Below, piece after piece: positions 35,136 through 44,530 of a stretch of DNA of 64,000 bases. The first letter of the stretch is position 1; every line of letters begins with the position of its first letter. Under the pieces are notes generated by a model, which made no database searches, was not told the DNA's origin, and saw only the letters and a program-made list of their open reading frames with translations. The stretch spans positions 12,861-76,860 of the forward strand of contig JBILOX010000006.1 of the NCBI GenBank assembly GCA_044374225.1, given 5' to 3'. The DNA is from Crocinitomicaceae bacterium. GTDB taxonomy: Bacteria > Bacteroidota > Bacteroidia > Flavobacteriales_D > Crocinitomicaceae. The translations under genes were made by a program, and so were the position numbers.

Positions 35136-36023
35136 ATGTATTACAACGCTGATTCAAAAGTTTACTTAGACGGAAAGTTCATTTTGGCAAAGGATGCACA
35201 AACTGATTTGTATTCTCAGACACTTCACTATGGGAGTGGGGTTTTTGAAGGAATTCGAGCCTATGATACCCCTGATGGAGTTCGGATTTTTAAAGCAAAG
35301 GAGCATTACGAACGTCTAAAGTACTCAGCTGAGTCCATGCACATGCCTTTTCCTTGGACTGTTGAGGAACTGACAAAAATATCGTATGAATTACTAGAAA
35401 TCAACAACTTAAAAGATGCATACATCCGACCTTTAGTTTATTTAGGCGCAAATATGTCACTCACTCCCACAAATGAGGTGCATATTGTTTTAATGGCGTG
35501 GGAATGGGGCAAATATCTTGGAGATACCTTATTACATGTGATGTTATCCTCTTACCAACGTCCAAATCCAAAGAGTTGTCATGTTCAGGCAAAGGTTGTT
35601 GGTCATTATACAAATAGTATATTAGCAACCACAGAAGCAAAACAAAAAGGATATCACGAGGCTTTATTGACAGATATAAATGGCTTTATCGCAGAAGGTC
35701 CTGGGGCAAATTTCTTTTATGAAAAAGCAGGTAAGTTATTTACACCTCCACTCGGAAATATTTTGTCAGGAATAACCAGAGCAACTGTATTTGAAATTGC
35801 CAAAGAATTGGACATAGAAGTAGAAGAACGATTATTCAAACCAGAAGAAATCTATTCGGCTGATGCTGCATTTTTCTGTGGAACAGCCGCAGAAGTCATA
35901 GGCATCGGAAAATTCAATGATTATGTTTTACCCATGAAATGGGAAGACTCTAATTCCTCACTGATCCAACGAAAATATAAGAGAAGAGTAGCTTTTAACG
36001 AATATAAAGAATTCTATTTATAA
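35136..36023 (+). CDS. ilvE: Branched-chain-amino-acid aminotransferase (class IV)
   Basis: 295 aa. [14 protein letters not shown] and EGPGANFF motifs are typical of IlvE. It sits in the ilv operon. Confidence 0.9.
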   Translation: MYYNADSKVYLDGKFILAKDAQTDLYSQTLHYGSGVFEGIRAYDTPDGVRIFKAKEHYERLKYSAESMHMPFPWTVEELTKISYELLEINNLKDAYIRPLVYLGANMSLTPTNEVHIVLMAWEWGKYLGDTLLHVMLSSYQRPNPKSCHVQAKVVGHYTNSILATTEAKQKGYHEALLTDINGFIAEGPGANFFYEKAGKLFTPPLGNILSGITRATVFEIAKELDIEVEERLFKPEEIYSADAAFFCGTAAEVIGIGKFNDYVLPMKWEDSNSSLIQRKYKRRVAFNEYKEFYL

Positions 36024-36024
36024 T

Positions 36025-37698
36025 ATGGAACTGAATAAATATAGTAAAACACTAACGCAGGACGAAACTCAACCAGCGGCAAAAGCTATGTTGTATGGCG
36101 TAGGGTTGACAGAAAATGATATGAACAAAGCACAAGTTGGAATTGTGTCCAGCGGTTACGAGGGTAATACGTGTAATATGCACCTAAATGACCTTGCTAA
36201 AACTGTTAAAATGGGCGTTCAATCAGCTGAACTGGTTGGTCTAACTTTTCATACAATTGGTGTCAGTGATGGAATGGCAAACGGAACCGACGGAATGCGT
36301 TATTCCCTAGTTTCTAGAGATATTATTGCTGATTCTATTGAAGCCGTGACAGGAGCACAATGGTATGATGGAATCATAGCAGTTATGGGTTGCGACAAGA
36401 ATATGCCCGGTTCAATTATTGCCATGGGAAGACTGAATCGACCAGCAATAATGGTTTATGGAGGAACAATCCATTCAGGAAAATGGAAGGGAGAGGATTT
36501 AAATATTGTTTCTGCTTTTGAAGCTTTAGGAAAACGAATTGCCAATAATATCTCTGACGAAGATTTCAAAGGAATCATTCAGAATGCCTGTCCTGGTGCT
36601 GGTGCTTGTGGCGGAATGTACACAGCAAACACCATGGCGTCAGCCATCGAAGCGCTTGGAATGAGCTTACCTTACAGTTCATCCAATCCTGCTACAAGTG
36701 AAGAAAAACAACACGAATGTTTGCGAGCAGGAAGTACAATTCGATTATTACTCGAAAAAGATATTAAGCCAAGTGATATTATGTCGCGAAAGGCTTTTGA
36801 AAATGCAATGGTAATGGTTTCAGCACTTGGAGGTTCAACAAATGCAACTTTACATTTATTGGCAATGGCCCACGCTATAGGAGTAGATTTAAAACTTTCC
36901 GACTTTCAGGAAATAAGTGACCGAATACCGTTGATAGCCAATTTGAAGCCAAGTGGAAAATTCTTAATGGAAGATGTTCACCGAGTAGGCGGAACTCCAG
37001 CGATAATGAAGTATTTGTTAGAGAAAGGTCTTCTCCATGGTGATTGTTTGACAGTAACAGGAAAAACGCTCGCGGAGAATTTAGCGGGAGTTCCATCACT
37101 TATTGAAGGCCAAGAAGTAATTGTTCCATTAGAAACACCAATAAAGAACTCTGGGCATATTCAAATTTTGTTTGGAAACCTAGCAGAACGAGGTTCGGTA
37201 GCTAAAATCACAGGAAAAGAAGGTGAATTTTTCCGTGGCCCTGCAGTCGTTTTTGACAATGAATTCGATACAATTAAAGGTATTTCATCAGGAAATGTAA
37301 AAGCAGGCGATGTAGTAGTAATTCGCTATTGTGGTCCGAAAGGAGGTCCTGGAATGCCCGAAATGTTGAAGCCAACCTCAACGATTATTGGCGCTGGTTT
37401 GGGATCTTCTGTTGCATTGATTACCGATGGTCGCTTTTCAGGTGGTACTCACGGGTTTGTAGTAGGTCATATTTCGCCAGAAGCGTTTGATGGTGGAACG
37501 ATTGCATTAGCAAAAGACGGTGACATGATTACTATTGATACAATTAAAAATAAGCTCTTTCTTGAAGTTTCGGAAAAAGAATTGGCGGAAAGAAAAAGCC
37601 ATTGGAAACAACCAGAACTAAAAGTAAAATCCGGTGTTTTATACAAGTACGCGAAAAGTGTTTCGTGCGCTTCATTAGGTTGTATAACAGATTTATAA
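36025..37698 (+). CDS. ilvD: Dihydroxy-acid dehydratase
   Basis: 557 aa. Motifs GCDKNMPG and TDGRFSGGT. Confidence 0.95.
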   Translation: MELNKYSKTLTQDETQPAAKAMLYGVGLTENDMNKAQVGIVSSGYEGNTCNMHLNDLAKTVKMGVQSAELVGLTFHTIGVSDGMANGTDGMRYSLVSRDIIADSIEAVTGAQWYDGIIAVMGCDKNMPGSIIAMGRLNRPAIMVYGGTIHSGKWKGEDLNIVSAFEALGKRIANNISDEDFKGIIQNACPGAGACGGMYTANTMASAIEALGMSLPYSSSNPATSEEKQHECLRAGSTIRLLLEKDIKPSDIMSRKAFENAMVMVSALGGSTNATLHLLAMAHAIGVDLKLSDFQEISDRIPLIANLKPSGKFLMEDVHRVGGTPAIMKYLLEKGLLHGDCLTVTGKTLAENLAGVPSLIEGQEVIVPLETPIKNSGHIQILFGNLAERGSVAKITGKEGEFFRGPAVVFDNEFDTIKGISSGNVKAGDVVVIRYCGPKGGPGMPEMLKPTSTIIGAGLGSSVALITDGRFSGGTHGFVVGHISPEAFDGGTIALAKDGDMITIDTIKNKLFLEVSEKELAERKSHWKQPELKVKSGVLYKYAKSVSCASLGCITDL

Positions 37699-37704
37699 AA
37701 GATT

Positions 37705-39420
37705 ATGAACAAATTATCGATTTCCGGTGCCGAGGCAGTTATTCGATCTCTCTTAGCAGAGGATGTATCCACTATTTTTGGTTATCCTGGCGGTGCCATC
37801 ATGCCAATTTATGATGCACTTTACGATTTTAAAGAAGAAGTAAATCACATTCTCGTAAGACATGAACAAGGCGCAATTCATGCTGCACAGGGCTTTGCAA
37901 GAGCTTCAGGCAAAACAGGAATTGTTTTCGCAACATCAGGACCCGGTGCTACAAATCTTATAACAGGATTGGCAGACGCTCTAATTGATTCTACACCAAT
38001 TGTATGTATTACTGGACAAGTTGCCTCTCATCTTTTGGGAACCGATGCATTTCAAGAAACGGATGTAATTGGTATCTCTATGCCAGTAACAAAGTGGAAT
38101 ATTCAAGTAACAAAAGCAGAGGATATTCCGTCAGCTATTGCTCGAGCATTTCACATTGCATCAACAGGAAGACCAGGGCCAGTTTTAATTGACATTACCA
38201 AAGACGCACAATTCGGGAAAATGGATTTCGCCTATGAAAAGTGCATTTCTGTACGAAGCTATGTTCCTGTGCCAAAAGTTGATCTTAGTATTTTGGAAAA
38301 GGCAGTAGAGCTGATTGATCGAGCAGAAAAACCGTATTTATTGATCGGACAAGGAATTTTGTTAGCTGAAGCAGAAAATGAGTTACTTCAATTTGTTGAA
38401 AAATCAGGAATCCCTGTCGCTTCAACACTTTTGGGTTTAGGGGCTTTTCCTGCCAATCACCAAAATTATGTAGGTTATTTGGGTATGCACGGAAACTATG
38501 CTCCAAATGTTTTGACCAACGAATGTGACTTACTCATTGCAATCGGAATGCGTTTCGATGATCGAGTAACAGGAGATGTCTCTCGATATGCCAAACAAGC
38601 CAAAATTATTCACGTAGATATTGATAAGGCAGAGATCAATAAAATCGTAAAAGTAGATATCGCCATTAATGCAGATGCTAAGGAAACCTTATCAATTTTG
38701 ACTAAATTCGTTCAAAATAAATCGCATAAAGCTTGGATTCAAGAATTTAGAAAATTAGAACAGGAAGAACATCAAGAAGTTATAATTGATGCAATAAATC
38801 CACAAGGCCCAGAATTAAAAATGTCTGAGGTGGTAAATTTAATTTCAGAAACACTGAAAGGAAATGCGATTGTTGTATCAGATGTCGGTCAGCACCAAAT
38901 GATTACATCACGTTATTTTAAGTATCAACATCCAAAAACAAACATTACATCAGGAGGTTTGGGTACCATGGGATTTGCACTTCCCGCTGCAATTGGAGCG
39001 AAACTTGCAAAACCTGAAAAAGAAGTTATTGCTATAATTGGTGACGGCGGTTTTCAAATGACTATTCAAGAATTAGGAACCATCTTACAAGCTGAAATTG
39101 CGGTTAAAATTGTCATTTTGAATAATAACTTTTTAGGAATGGTTCGTCAGTGGCAGCAATTATTTTTTGATAAACGATACTCATTTACAGATATAAAAAA
39201 CCCAAATTTTCTCAAGATTGCCGAGGGTTACGGAATTCAAGGCCGAAAAATTACGTCGCGTGATGAACTTCAAGATGGACTAAACGCCATGTTGTCGTGC
39301 AAAGAAAGTTATTTATTGGAAGTTATGGTGGAGCAAGAGGAAAATGTATTTCCAATGCTTCCAACCGGAGCCTCTGTTTCAGAAATTATTTTAAGTGAAA
39401 AACATGCATCAAACGTATAA
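37705..39420 (+). CDS. ilvB: Acetolactate synthase large subunit
   Basis: 571 aa. N-terminal GYPGGAIMPIYDAL and ThDP-binding motif GDGGFQMTIQEL. Confidence 0.95.
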   Translation: MNKLSISGAEAVIRSLLAEDVSTIFGYPGGAIMPIYDALYDFKEEVNHILVRHEQGAIHAAQGFARASGKTGIVFATSGPGATNLITGLADALIDSTPIVCITGQVASHLLGTDAFQETDVIGISMPVTKWNIQVTKAEDIPSAIARAFHIASTGRPGPVLIDITKDAQFGKMDFAYEKCISVRSYVPVPKVDLSILEKAVELIDRAEKPYLLIGQGILLAEAENELLQFVEKSGIPVASTLLGLGAFPANHQNYVGYLGMHGNYAPNVLTNECDLLIAIGMRFDDRVTGDVSRYAKQAKIIHVDIDKAEINKIVKVDIAINADAKETLSILTKFVQNKSHKAWIQEFRKLEQEEHQEVIIDAINPQGPELKMSEVVNLISETLKGNAIVVSDVGQHQMITSRYFKYQHPKTNITSGGLGTMGFALPAAIGAKLAKPEKEVIAIIGDGGFQMTIQELGTILQAEIAVKIVILNNNFLGMVRQWQQLFFDKRYSFTDIKNPNFLKIAEGYGIQGRKITSRDELQDGLNAMLSCKESYLLEVMVEQEENVFPMLPTGASVSEIILSEKHASNV

Positions 39421-39919
39421 CATATCACTCTTTACAGAAAACAGTATCGGGATTTTAAATCGCATCACGATCATTTTTACACGACGACACTTAAATATTG
39501 AAAGTATAACAGCTTCTGAATGTGAAATTCCGGAGGTTTACCGCTACACAATTGTTGTCAATACCTCTTTGGAACAAGTAATAAAAGTAGTGAATCAAAT
39601 TGAGAAACAAGTAGACGTTTTAAAAGCGTTTTACCATGCAGATGCGGAGGTCGTATATCAAGAACTGGCTTTATATAAGCTTCCAACAAATCTATTGAAG
39701 GGAGAGGAAATTGAAAAAGTGCTCCGACAACATCATGCGCGTATTTTATCGTTCAGTGCTGAATTTACAACGATTGAAAAAACAGGGAGACCGGAAGAAA
39801 TTAACAGTCTATTTGCAGATTTAAAACCATTTGGCGTTCTAGAATTTGCAAAGTCAGGTCGAGTGGCAATTTCAAAACCAATGAAAACATTGGAAGATTA
39901 TTTAAAAGAATTAGGGTGA
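39404..39919 (+). CDS. ilvN: Acetolactate synthase small (regulatory) subunit
   Basis: ACT-domain N-terminus ISLFTENSIGILNRITIIFTRRHLNIESI. The ATG at 39404 is preferred over the GTG at 39395. It overlaps the ilvB 3' end. Confidence 0.9.
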   Translation: MHQTYNISLFTENSIGILNRITIIFTRRHLNIESITASECEIPEVYRYTIVVNTSLEQVIKVVNQIEKQVDVLKAFYHADAEVVYQELALYKLPTNLLKGEEIEKVLRQHHARILSFSAEFTTIEKTGRPEEINSLFADLKPFGVLEFAKSGRVAISKPMKTLEDYLKELG

Positions 39920-39999
39920 AAATAAAATAAATAAATGTAAAATAACGATTTAGCTTGATTAATTCTAAATTCTTCATTCTAAATTTTAAATTAAAGTAT

Positions 40000-41043
40000 A
40001 TGGCAACAATAAATTTTGGAGGAGTTAATGAAAGAGTAGTTTTGCGAGAAGAATTTCCATTGGAAAAAGCGCAAGAAGTATTGAAAAACGACACAATCGC
40101 TGTAATTGGCTATGGTGTACAAGGCCCAGGACAAGCAATGAACCTAAGGGATAATGGCTTTCATGTACTAGTTGGACAGCGCAAAGGAGGCAAAAGTTGG
40201 GACAAAGCAGTTACTGATGGTTGGAAGGAAGGCGAAACACTACTCGAAATCGATGAAGCATGTAAAAAAGCAAGTGTAATCATGTATTTACTTTCCGATG
40301 CGGGACAAATAGATTCATGGAAAACAATTGAAGCAAATTTAAGCGAAGGTAAGACTCTATATTTTTCACACGGTTTCGGTGTTACTTTTCATGAACAAAC
40401 AGGCATTATTCCACCGAAAAATGTGGATGTCGTATTGGTTGCTCCAAAAGGTTCTGGTACATCGTTAAGACGATTATTTTTAAAAGGAGAAGGAATCAAT
40501 TCAAGTTTTGCTATATATCAAGATTTTACAGGAAAAGCTGAAGAAAGAACCTTGGCCTTAGGAATTGGTGTTGGTTCAGGTTATTTATTCGAAACTGATT
40601 TCAAAAAAGAAGTGCTGTCAGATCTAACAGGAGAAAGAGGTATACTAATGGGGGCATTGGCTGGAATGTTTGAGGCACAATATCAAGTATTGAGAGGTCA
40701 TGGCCATTCTCCGTCTGAGGCATTTAATGAAACAGTTGAGGAATTAACACAAAGTCTCATGCCATTGGTTGCAGAAAACGGAATGGATTGGATGTATGCA
40801 AACACATCTGTTACAGCACAAAGAGGAGCTTTGGATTGGAAGAATAAATTTAGAGATGCAGCCTTACCCGTTTTCAATTCATTATACGAAGAGGTTGCTT
40901 CGGGAAGAGAAGCTAAGCGTGTTATAGAAGAAGGAAGCAAACCAGATTACCGCGAAAAGTTGGAGAAAGAATTGAAAGAAATTCGTGAATCTGAATTGTG
41001 GCAAGCTGGAAGAGCTGTTCGTGGATTACGACCTAAACAATAA
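40000..41043 (+). CDS. ilvC: Ketol-acid reductoisomerase
   Basis: The start is set at the ATG at 40000 (MATINFGG). NADPH-binding motif GYGVQGPGQAMNLRDNG. Confidence 0.95.
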   Translation: MATINFGGVNERVVLREEFPLEKAQEVLKNDTIAVIGYGVQGPGQAMNLRDNGFHVLVGQRKGGKSWDKAVTDGWKEGETLLEIDEACKKASVIMYLLSDAGQIDSWKTIEANLSEGKTLYFSHGFGVTFHEQTGIIPPKNVDVVLVAPKGSGTSLRRLFLKGEGINSSFAIYQDFTGKAEERTLALGIGVGSGYLFETDFKKEVLSDLTGERGILMGALAGMFEAQYQVLRGHGHSPSEAFNETVEELTQSLMPLVAENGMDWMYANTSVTAQRGALDWKNKFRDAALPVFNSLYEEVASGREAKRVIEEGSKPDYREKLEKELKEIRESELWQAGRAVRGLRPKQ

Positions 41044-41044
41044 A

Positions 41045-42283
41045 ATGAACAAAAGTCAATTTATAAAAGGAAAGTTTCCCTATTTTGTCCGAGAAACACC
41101 ACTAGAATTCAGTAAGAAATTATCTGAAAGATTCGGTGCACAAATTTATTTAAAACGGGAGGACTTACAAACTGTCCGTTCATATAAAATTCGTGGTGCT
41201 TTTGCAAGAATGTTACAATTGACAGATGACCAAAAAAGTAAAGGGGTTATTTGTGCCTCCGCGGGTAATCATGCACAAGGAGTGGCTTTTTGCTGTAAAG
41301 AAATGCAAGTAAAAGGAACGATTGTCATGCCTGAAACTACACCTAAGCAAAAAATAAACATGGTAAAAAGCTTTGGTGAGGAATGGGTAACAATTTTATT
41401 AGTTGGGGATACCTTTGATGCAGCGAAGCATGTGGCTGAAATCAAAGCTGCTTCAGACGCCTTGTGTTTTATTCCACCATTTGATGATGAATGGGTAATT
41501 GCAGGTCAAGGCACTGTTGGAATTGAAATATTGAGTCAATTGGGAGCCTTGCCTAATTTTGTATTAGTTCCTGTGGGAGGAGGCGGTTTGGCGGCAGGGA
41601 TTTGCAGTGTAATGTCAGAAACTTCACCTGAAACTAAAATAATTGGCGTTGAGCCAACAGGCGCACCTTCAATGACAGAGGCACTTAAAAATGGTGCTCC
41701 CGTTGAACTTCAACAGATCGATAAATTTGTGGATGGAGCGTCAGTAAAACGAGTAGGCGATTTGAATTTTTCGATTTGTAAAAATAAACTATCAACGATG
41801 CTTTTAGTTGATGAAGGCAAAATCTGTGGGACAATCCTACAATTGTATAATGAATTTGGAATCATTGTAGAACCCGCTGGGGCGCTAACTGTGGCAGCAT
41901 TGGAACAATTAAATCCAGAAGAAATAAAAGACAAAACCGTTGTTCTAATTGTCAGTGGAGGAAACAACGATATAACTCGAACGGAAGAAATTAGAGAGCG
42001 CTGGATGTTGTACGAGGGATTGAAACATTATTTTCTGATACGCTTTCCGCAGCGACCTGGAGCCCTCAAAGAATTCGTTTCAGATGTGGTGGGACAAAAT
42101 GACGATATTGTATATTTTCAATTTTCCAGCAAAACAGGTCGTGAAAGTGGCCCTGCAGTTGTTGGAATTGAAACAGCCCAATCAGAAGATCGAATTTCTA
42201 TTGAAAACAAACTTCGAGAAAAAGGATTTGATTTTGAATACCTCCAACCAAACTCACTACTTTTTCAGCAATTGGTCGGCTAG
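41045..42283 (+). CDS. ilvA: Threonine ammonia-lyase (biosynthetic threonine dehydratase)
   Basis: The start is set at the ATG at 41045 (MNKSQF), 1 nt after the ilvC stop. PLP-lysine motif SYKIRGA, a GGGGL loop and a C-terminal ACT-like regulatory domain. Confidence 0.9.
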   Translation: MNKSQFIKGKFPYFVRETPLEFSKKLSERFGAQIYLKREDLQTVRSYKIRGAFARMLQLTDDQKSKGVICASAGNHAQGVAFCCKEMQVKGTIVMPETTPKQKINMVKSFGEEWVTILLVGDTFDAAKHVAEIKAASDALCFIPPFDDEWVIAGQGTVGIEILSQLGALPNFVLVPVGGGGLAAGICSVMSETSPETKIIGVEPTGAPSMTEALKNGAPVELQQIDKFVDGASVKRVGDLNFSICKNKLSTMLLVDEGKICGTILQLYNEFGIIVEPAGALTVAALEQLNPEEIKDKTVVLIVSGGNNDITRTEEIRERWMLYEGLKHYFLIRFPQRPGALKEFVSDVVGQNDDIVYFQFSSKTGRESGPAVVGIETAQSEDRISIENKLREKGFDFEYLQPNSLLFQQLVG

Positions 42284-42434
42284 TTTGGGTCACTGGTTAT
42301 TTGAATAAAGTTTAAGTTCCAATTGCGAATTTTATTTTGAATATTGAATAGCAGTAAATTTTCGACTGAAAAAAGGTAAATTCAATTTCAAGTACATTTA
42401 TTTAAAATTCTATCCGCTATTCCGTTCTCCTTTC

Positions 42435-42442
42435 TAAATTTG
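42435..42442 (+). promoter_or_regulatory. Candidate -7 box (TAAATTTG)
   Basis: Matches TAnnTTTG and lies 16 nt upstream of the ATG at 42459. Confidence 0.45.
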
Positions 42443-42458
42443 TGGGTAAACTTTTTTT

Positions 42459-43232
42459 ATGGAAATTCTGAGATCAGATTTAAATGGAGTGTGTACGTTG
42501 ACACTCAATCGTCCGAACGTTTTTAACTCGTTCAATAAAACAATGGCACTTCAATTACACGCGGCCTTGGACGCTTGTGCTGTTGATGATAATGTGCGTG
42601 TTGTAGTAATCAAAGGCGAAGGAAAAGCTTTTTGTGCAGGACAAGATTTAGCAGAAGTAATCGATCCTGAAGGACCAGAAATGAAAAATATCGTTGGAGA
42701 ACATTACAATCCAATTATACTTAAAATCAGAAACTTAGAAAAACCAGTTATTGCCGCTGTCAATGGCGTTGCCGCTGGAGCAGGTGCAAATATAGCTTTG
42801 GCTTGTGACATTACGATCGCAAAAAAATCGGCAGCGTTTATTCAAGCTTTTTCCAAAATCGGCTTGATTCCAGATTCTGGAGGAACGTTCTTTTTACCAC
42901 GTTTAATCGGACTTCAAAAAGCTATGGCTTTAATGTTTACTGGCGAAAAAGTGGGCGCTGAACAAGCTGAAAAATTGAATATGATTTACAAAGCTGTAGA
43001 CGATGAAACTTTTGAAGAAGAAGTTTTGAAATTCGCTGAAACACTTGCCGTGATGCCAACTCGCGGTTTAGGTTTAACGAAAAAAGCGGTAAATTTAGGA
43101 CTATTCAATAACTTGGAAGATCAGTTAGCTGTGGAAGGTTTATTGCAAACTGAAGCTGGTGAAACAGAAGATTTCCGTGAAGGAGTGAATGCATTTTTGG
43201 AGAAAAGAGCTGCTGTTTTTAAGGGGAGATAG
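42459..43232 (+). CDS. Enoyl-CoA hydratase/isomerase family protein (PaaG-like)
   Basis: 257 aa. Crotonase-fold motifs KAFCAGQDL and AAVNGVAAGAGANIALACD. Confidence 0.85.
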   Translation: MEILRSDLNGVCTLTLNRPNVFNSFNKTMALQLHAALDACAVDDNVRVVVIKGEGKAFCAGQDLAEVIDPEGPEMKNIVGEHYNPIILKIRNLEKPVIAAVNGVAAGAGANIALACDITIAKKSAAFIQAFSKIGLIPDSGGTFFLPRLIGLQKAMALMFTGEKVGAEQAEKLNMIYKAVDDETFEEEVLKFAETLAVMPTRGLGLTKKAVNLGLFNNLEDQLAVEGLLQTEAGETEDFREGVNAFLEKRAAVFKGR

Positions 43233-43342
43233 TTTTAAAATTAAGAATTGAAAATGTAGAATGTAAAATTGAAAATGTGGTTCGCCGTGATGGAGAAATT
43301 CAAGGTTCGCAATTCGCAATTGATAATTCGCAATTATAAAGT

Positions 43343-44485
43343 ATGAAAGAAATTATAGGAGTTTTAGGAGCAGGCACAATGGGTGCTGGAATTGCGCAAG
43401 TAGCGGCTCAAAGTGGTCACGAGGTGATTTTGGTAGATTTGAATGCTGCCCAACTTGAAAAAGCTAAAAGCAACTTAGATAAAACCTTAACAAAACTGGT
43501 TGAAAAAGGAAAAATCGATGCATCAGAAAAAGACGCAATCGAAGGAAAAATTAGATATGCCAGTGAAATCAGCGAGTTTTCATTTTGTAATTTAATCATT
43601 GAAGCAATTGTTGAAGATTTAGACGTGAAACATAAAGTTTTTGCATCGCTTGAAGAAATCGTTTCTGAAGATTGTATTTTGGCAAGTAACACCTCTTCCC
43701 TATCCATTGCTTCGATTGGTTCGGTACTTAAAAATGCCAATCGCATTATTGGAATTCACTTTTTCAACCCAGCGCCTTTGATGCCTTTGGTAGAAATTAT
43801 TCCAGCGGTTCAAACAAGCGAAGAGACTTTATCAAAAGCAGTAGATTTAATCAAAAGCTGGAAAAAAACGGTTGTAGTTTGTAAAGACACACCTGGATTT
43901 ATTGTGAATAGAGTTGCTCGTCCATTCTATGGTGAAGCCTTAAGAATTTATGAAGAAGGAATAGCAGATTTCGCAACAATCGATTGGGCTATGACGCATT
44001 TCGGAGCCTTCAAAATGGGTCCGTTTACCTTGATGGATTACATTGGAAACGATGTGAATTACGCCGTGACCGAATCTGTTTTTCAAGCATTCTATTACGA
44101 TCCACGATTCAAACCATCTTTCACTCAAAAACGTCACCGTGAAGCAGGATACTTCGGTAGAAAAACAGGTCGTGGCTATTACAATTATGCAGAAGGAACA
44201 ACTTTGCCGCTACCAACTGAAAACGAAGAATTAGGAAAGCAAATTTTCAACCGTATCTTAGTAATGTTAATCAACGAAGCTTTTGACGCTGTTTTTATGC
44301 AAGTAGCATCACGCGAAGATGTTGATTTAGCAATGACTAAAGGCGTAAATTATCCAAAAGGATTATTAGCTTGGGCGGATGAAATCGGATTGAAAAATAT
44401 ATTAGCGCAACTACAAGCATTATTTGATGAATATGGAGAAGACCGTTATCGTCCGAATCCATTGTTGAAGAGAATGGCGAGTTAG
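43343..44485 (+). CDS. 3-hydroxyacyl-CoA dehydrogenase (PaaH/Hbd-like, with extra C-terminal domain)
   Basis: 380 aa. Rossmann motif GVLGAGTMGAGIAQV and GFIVNR. The TAG stop lies in a partial family-A repeat (gagttagttttcaa). Confidence 0.85.
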   Translation: MKEIIGVLGAGTMGAGIAQVAAQSGHEVILVDLNAAQLEKAKSNLDKTLTKLVEKGKIDASEKDAIEGKIRYASEISEFSFCNLIIEAIVEDLDVKHKVFASLEEIVSEDCILASNTSSLSIASIGSVLKNANRIIGIHFFNPAPLMPLVEIIPAVQTSEETLSKAVDLIKSWKKTVVVCKDTPGFIVNRVARPFYGEALRIYEEGIADFATIDWAMTHFGAFKMGPFTLMDYIGNDVNYAVTESVFQAFYYDPRFKPSFTQKRHREAGYFGRKTGRGYYNYAEGTTLPLPTENEELGKQIFNRILVMLINEAFDAVFMQVASREDVDLAMTKGVNYPKGLLAWADEIGLKNILAQLQALFDEYGEDRYRPNPLLKRMAS

Positions 44486-44530
44486 TTTTCAAGAAGTTTT
44501 TATATGACTTTGCCGCAACGGAAGCAATTA

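Noticed and set aside
32498-42283. N-terminal extensions given by the ORF track for truA (32498), ilvN (39395), ilvC (39955), ilvA (40985), and elsewhere for the hydrolase (59917) and higA (56706)
   Set aside because: Internal ATG codons give N-termini that match the conserved family starts (MPRYFIEIAY, MHQTYNISLF, MATINFGG, MNKSQF, MKIHFLF signal peptide, MNIHLIK). They also remove the long overlaps with upstream genes.
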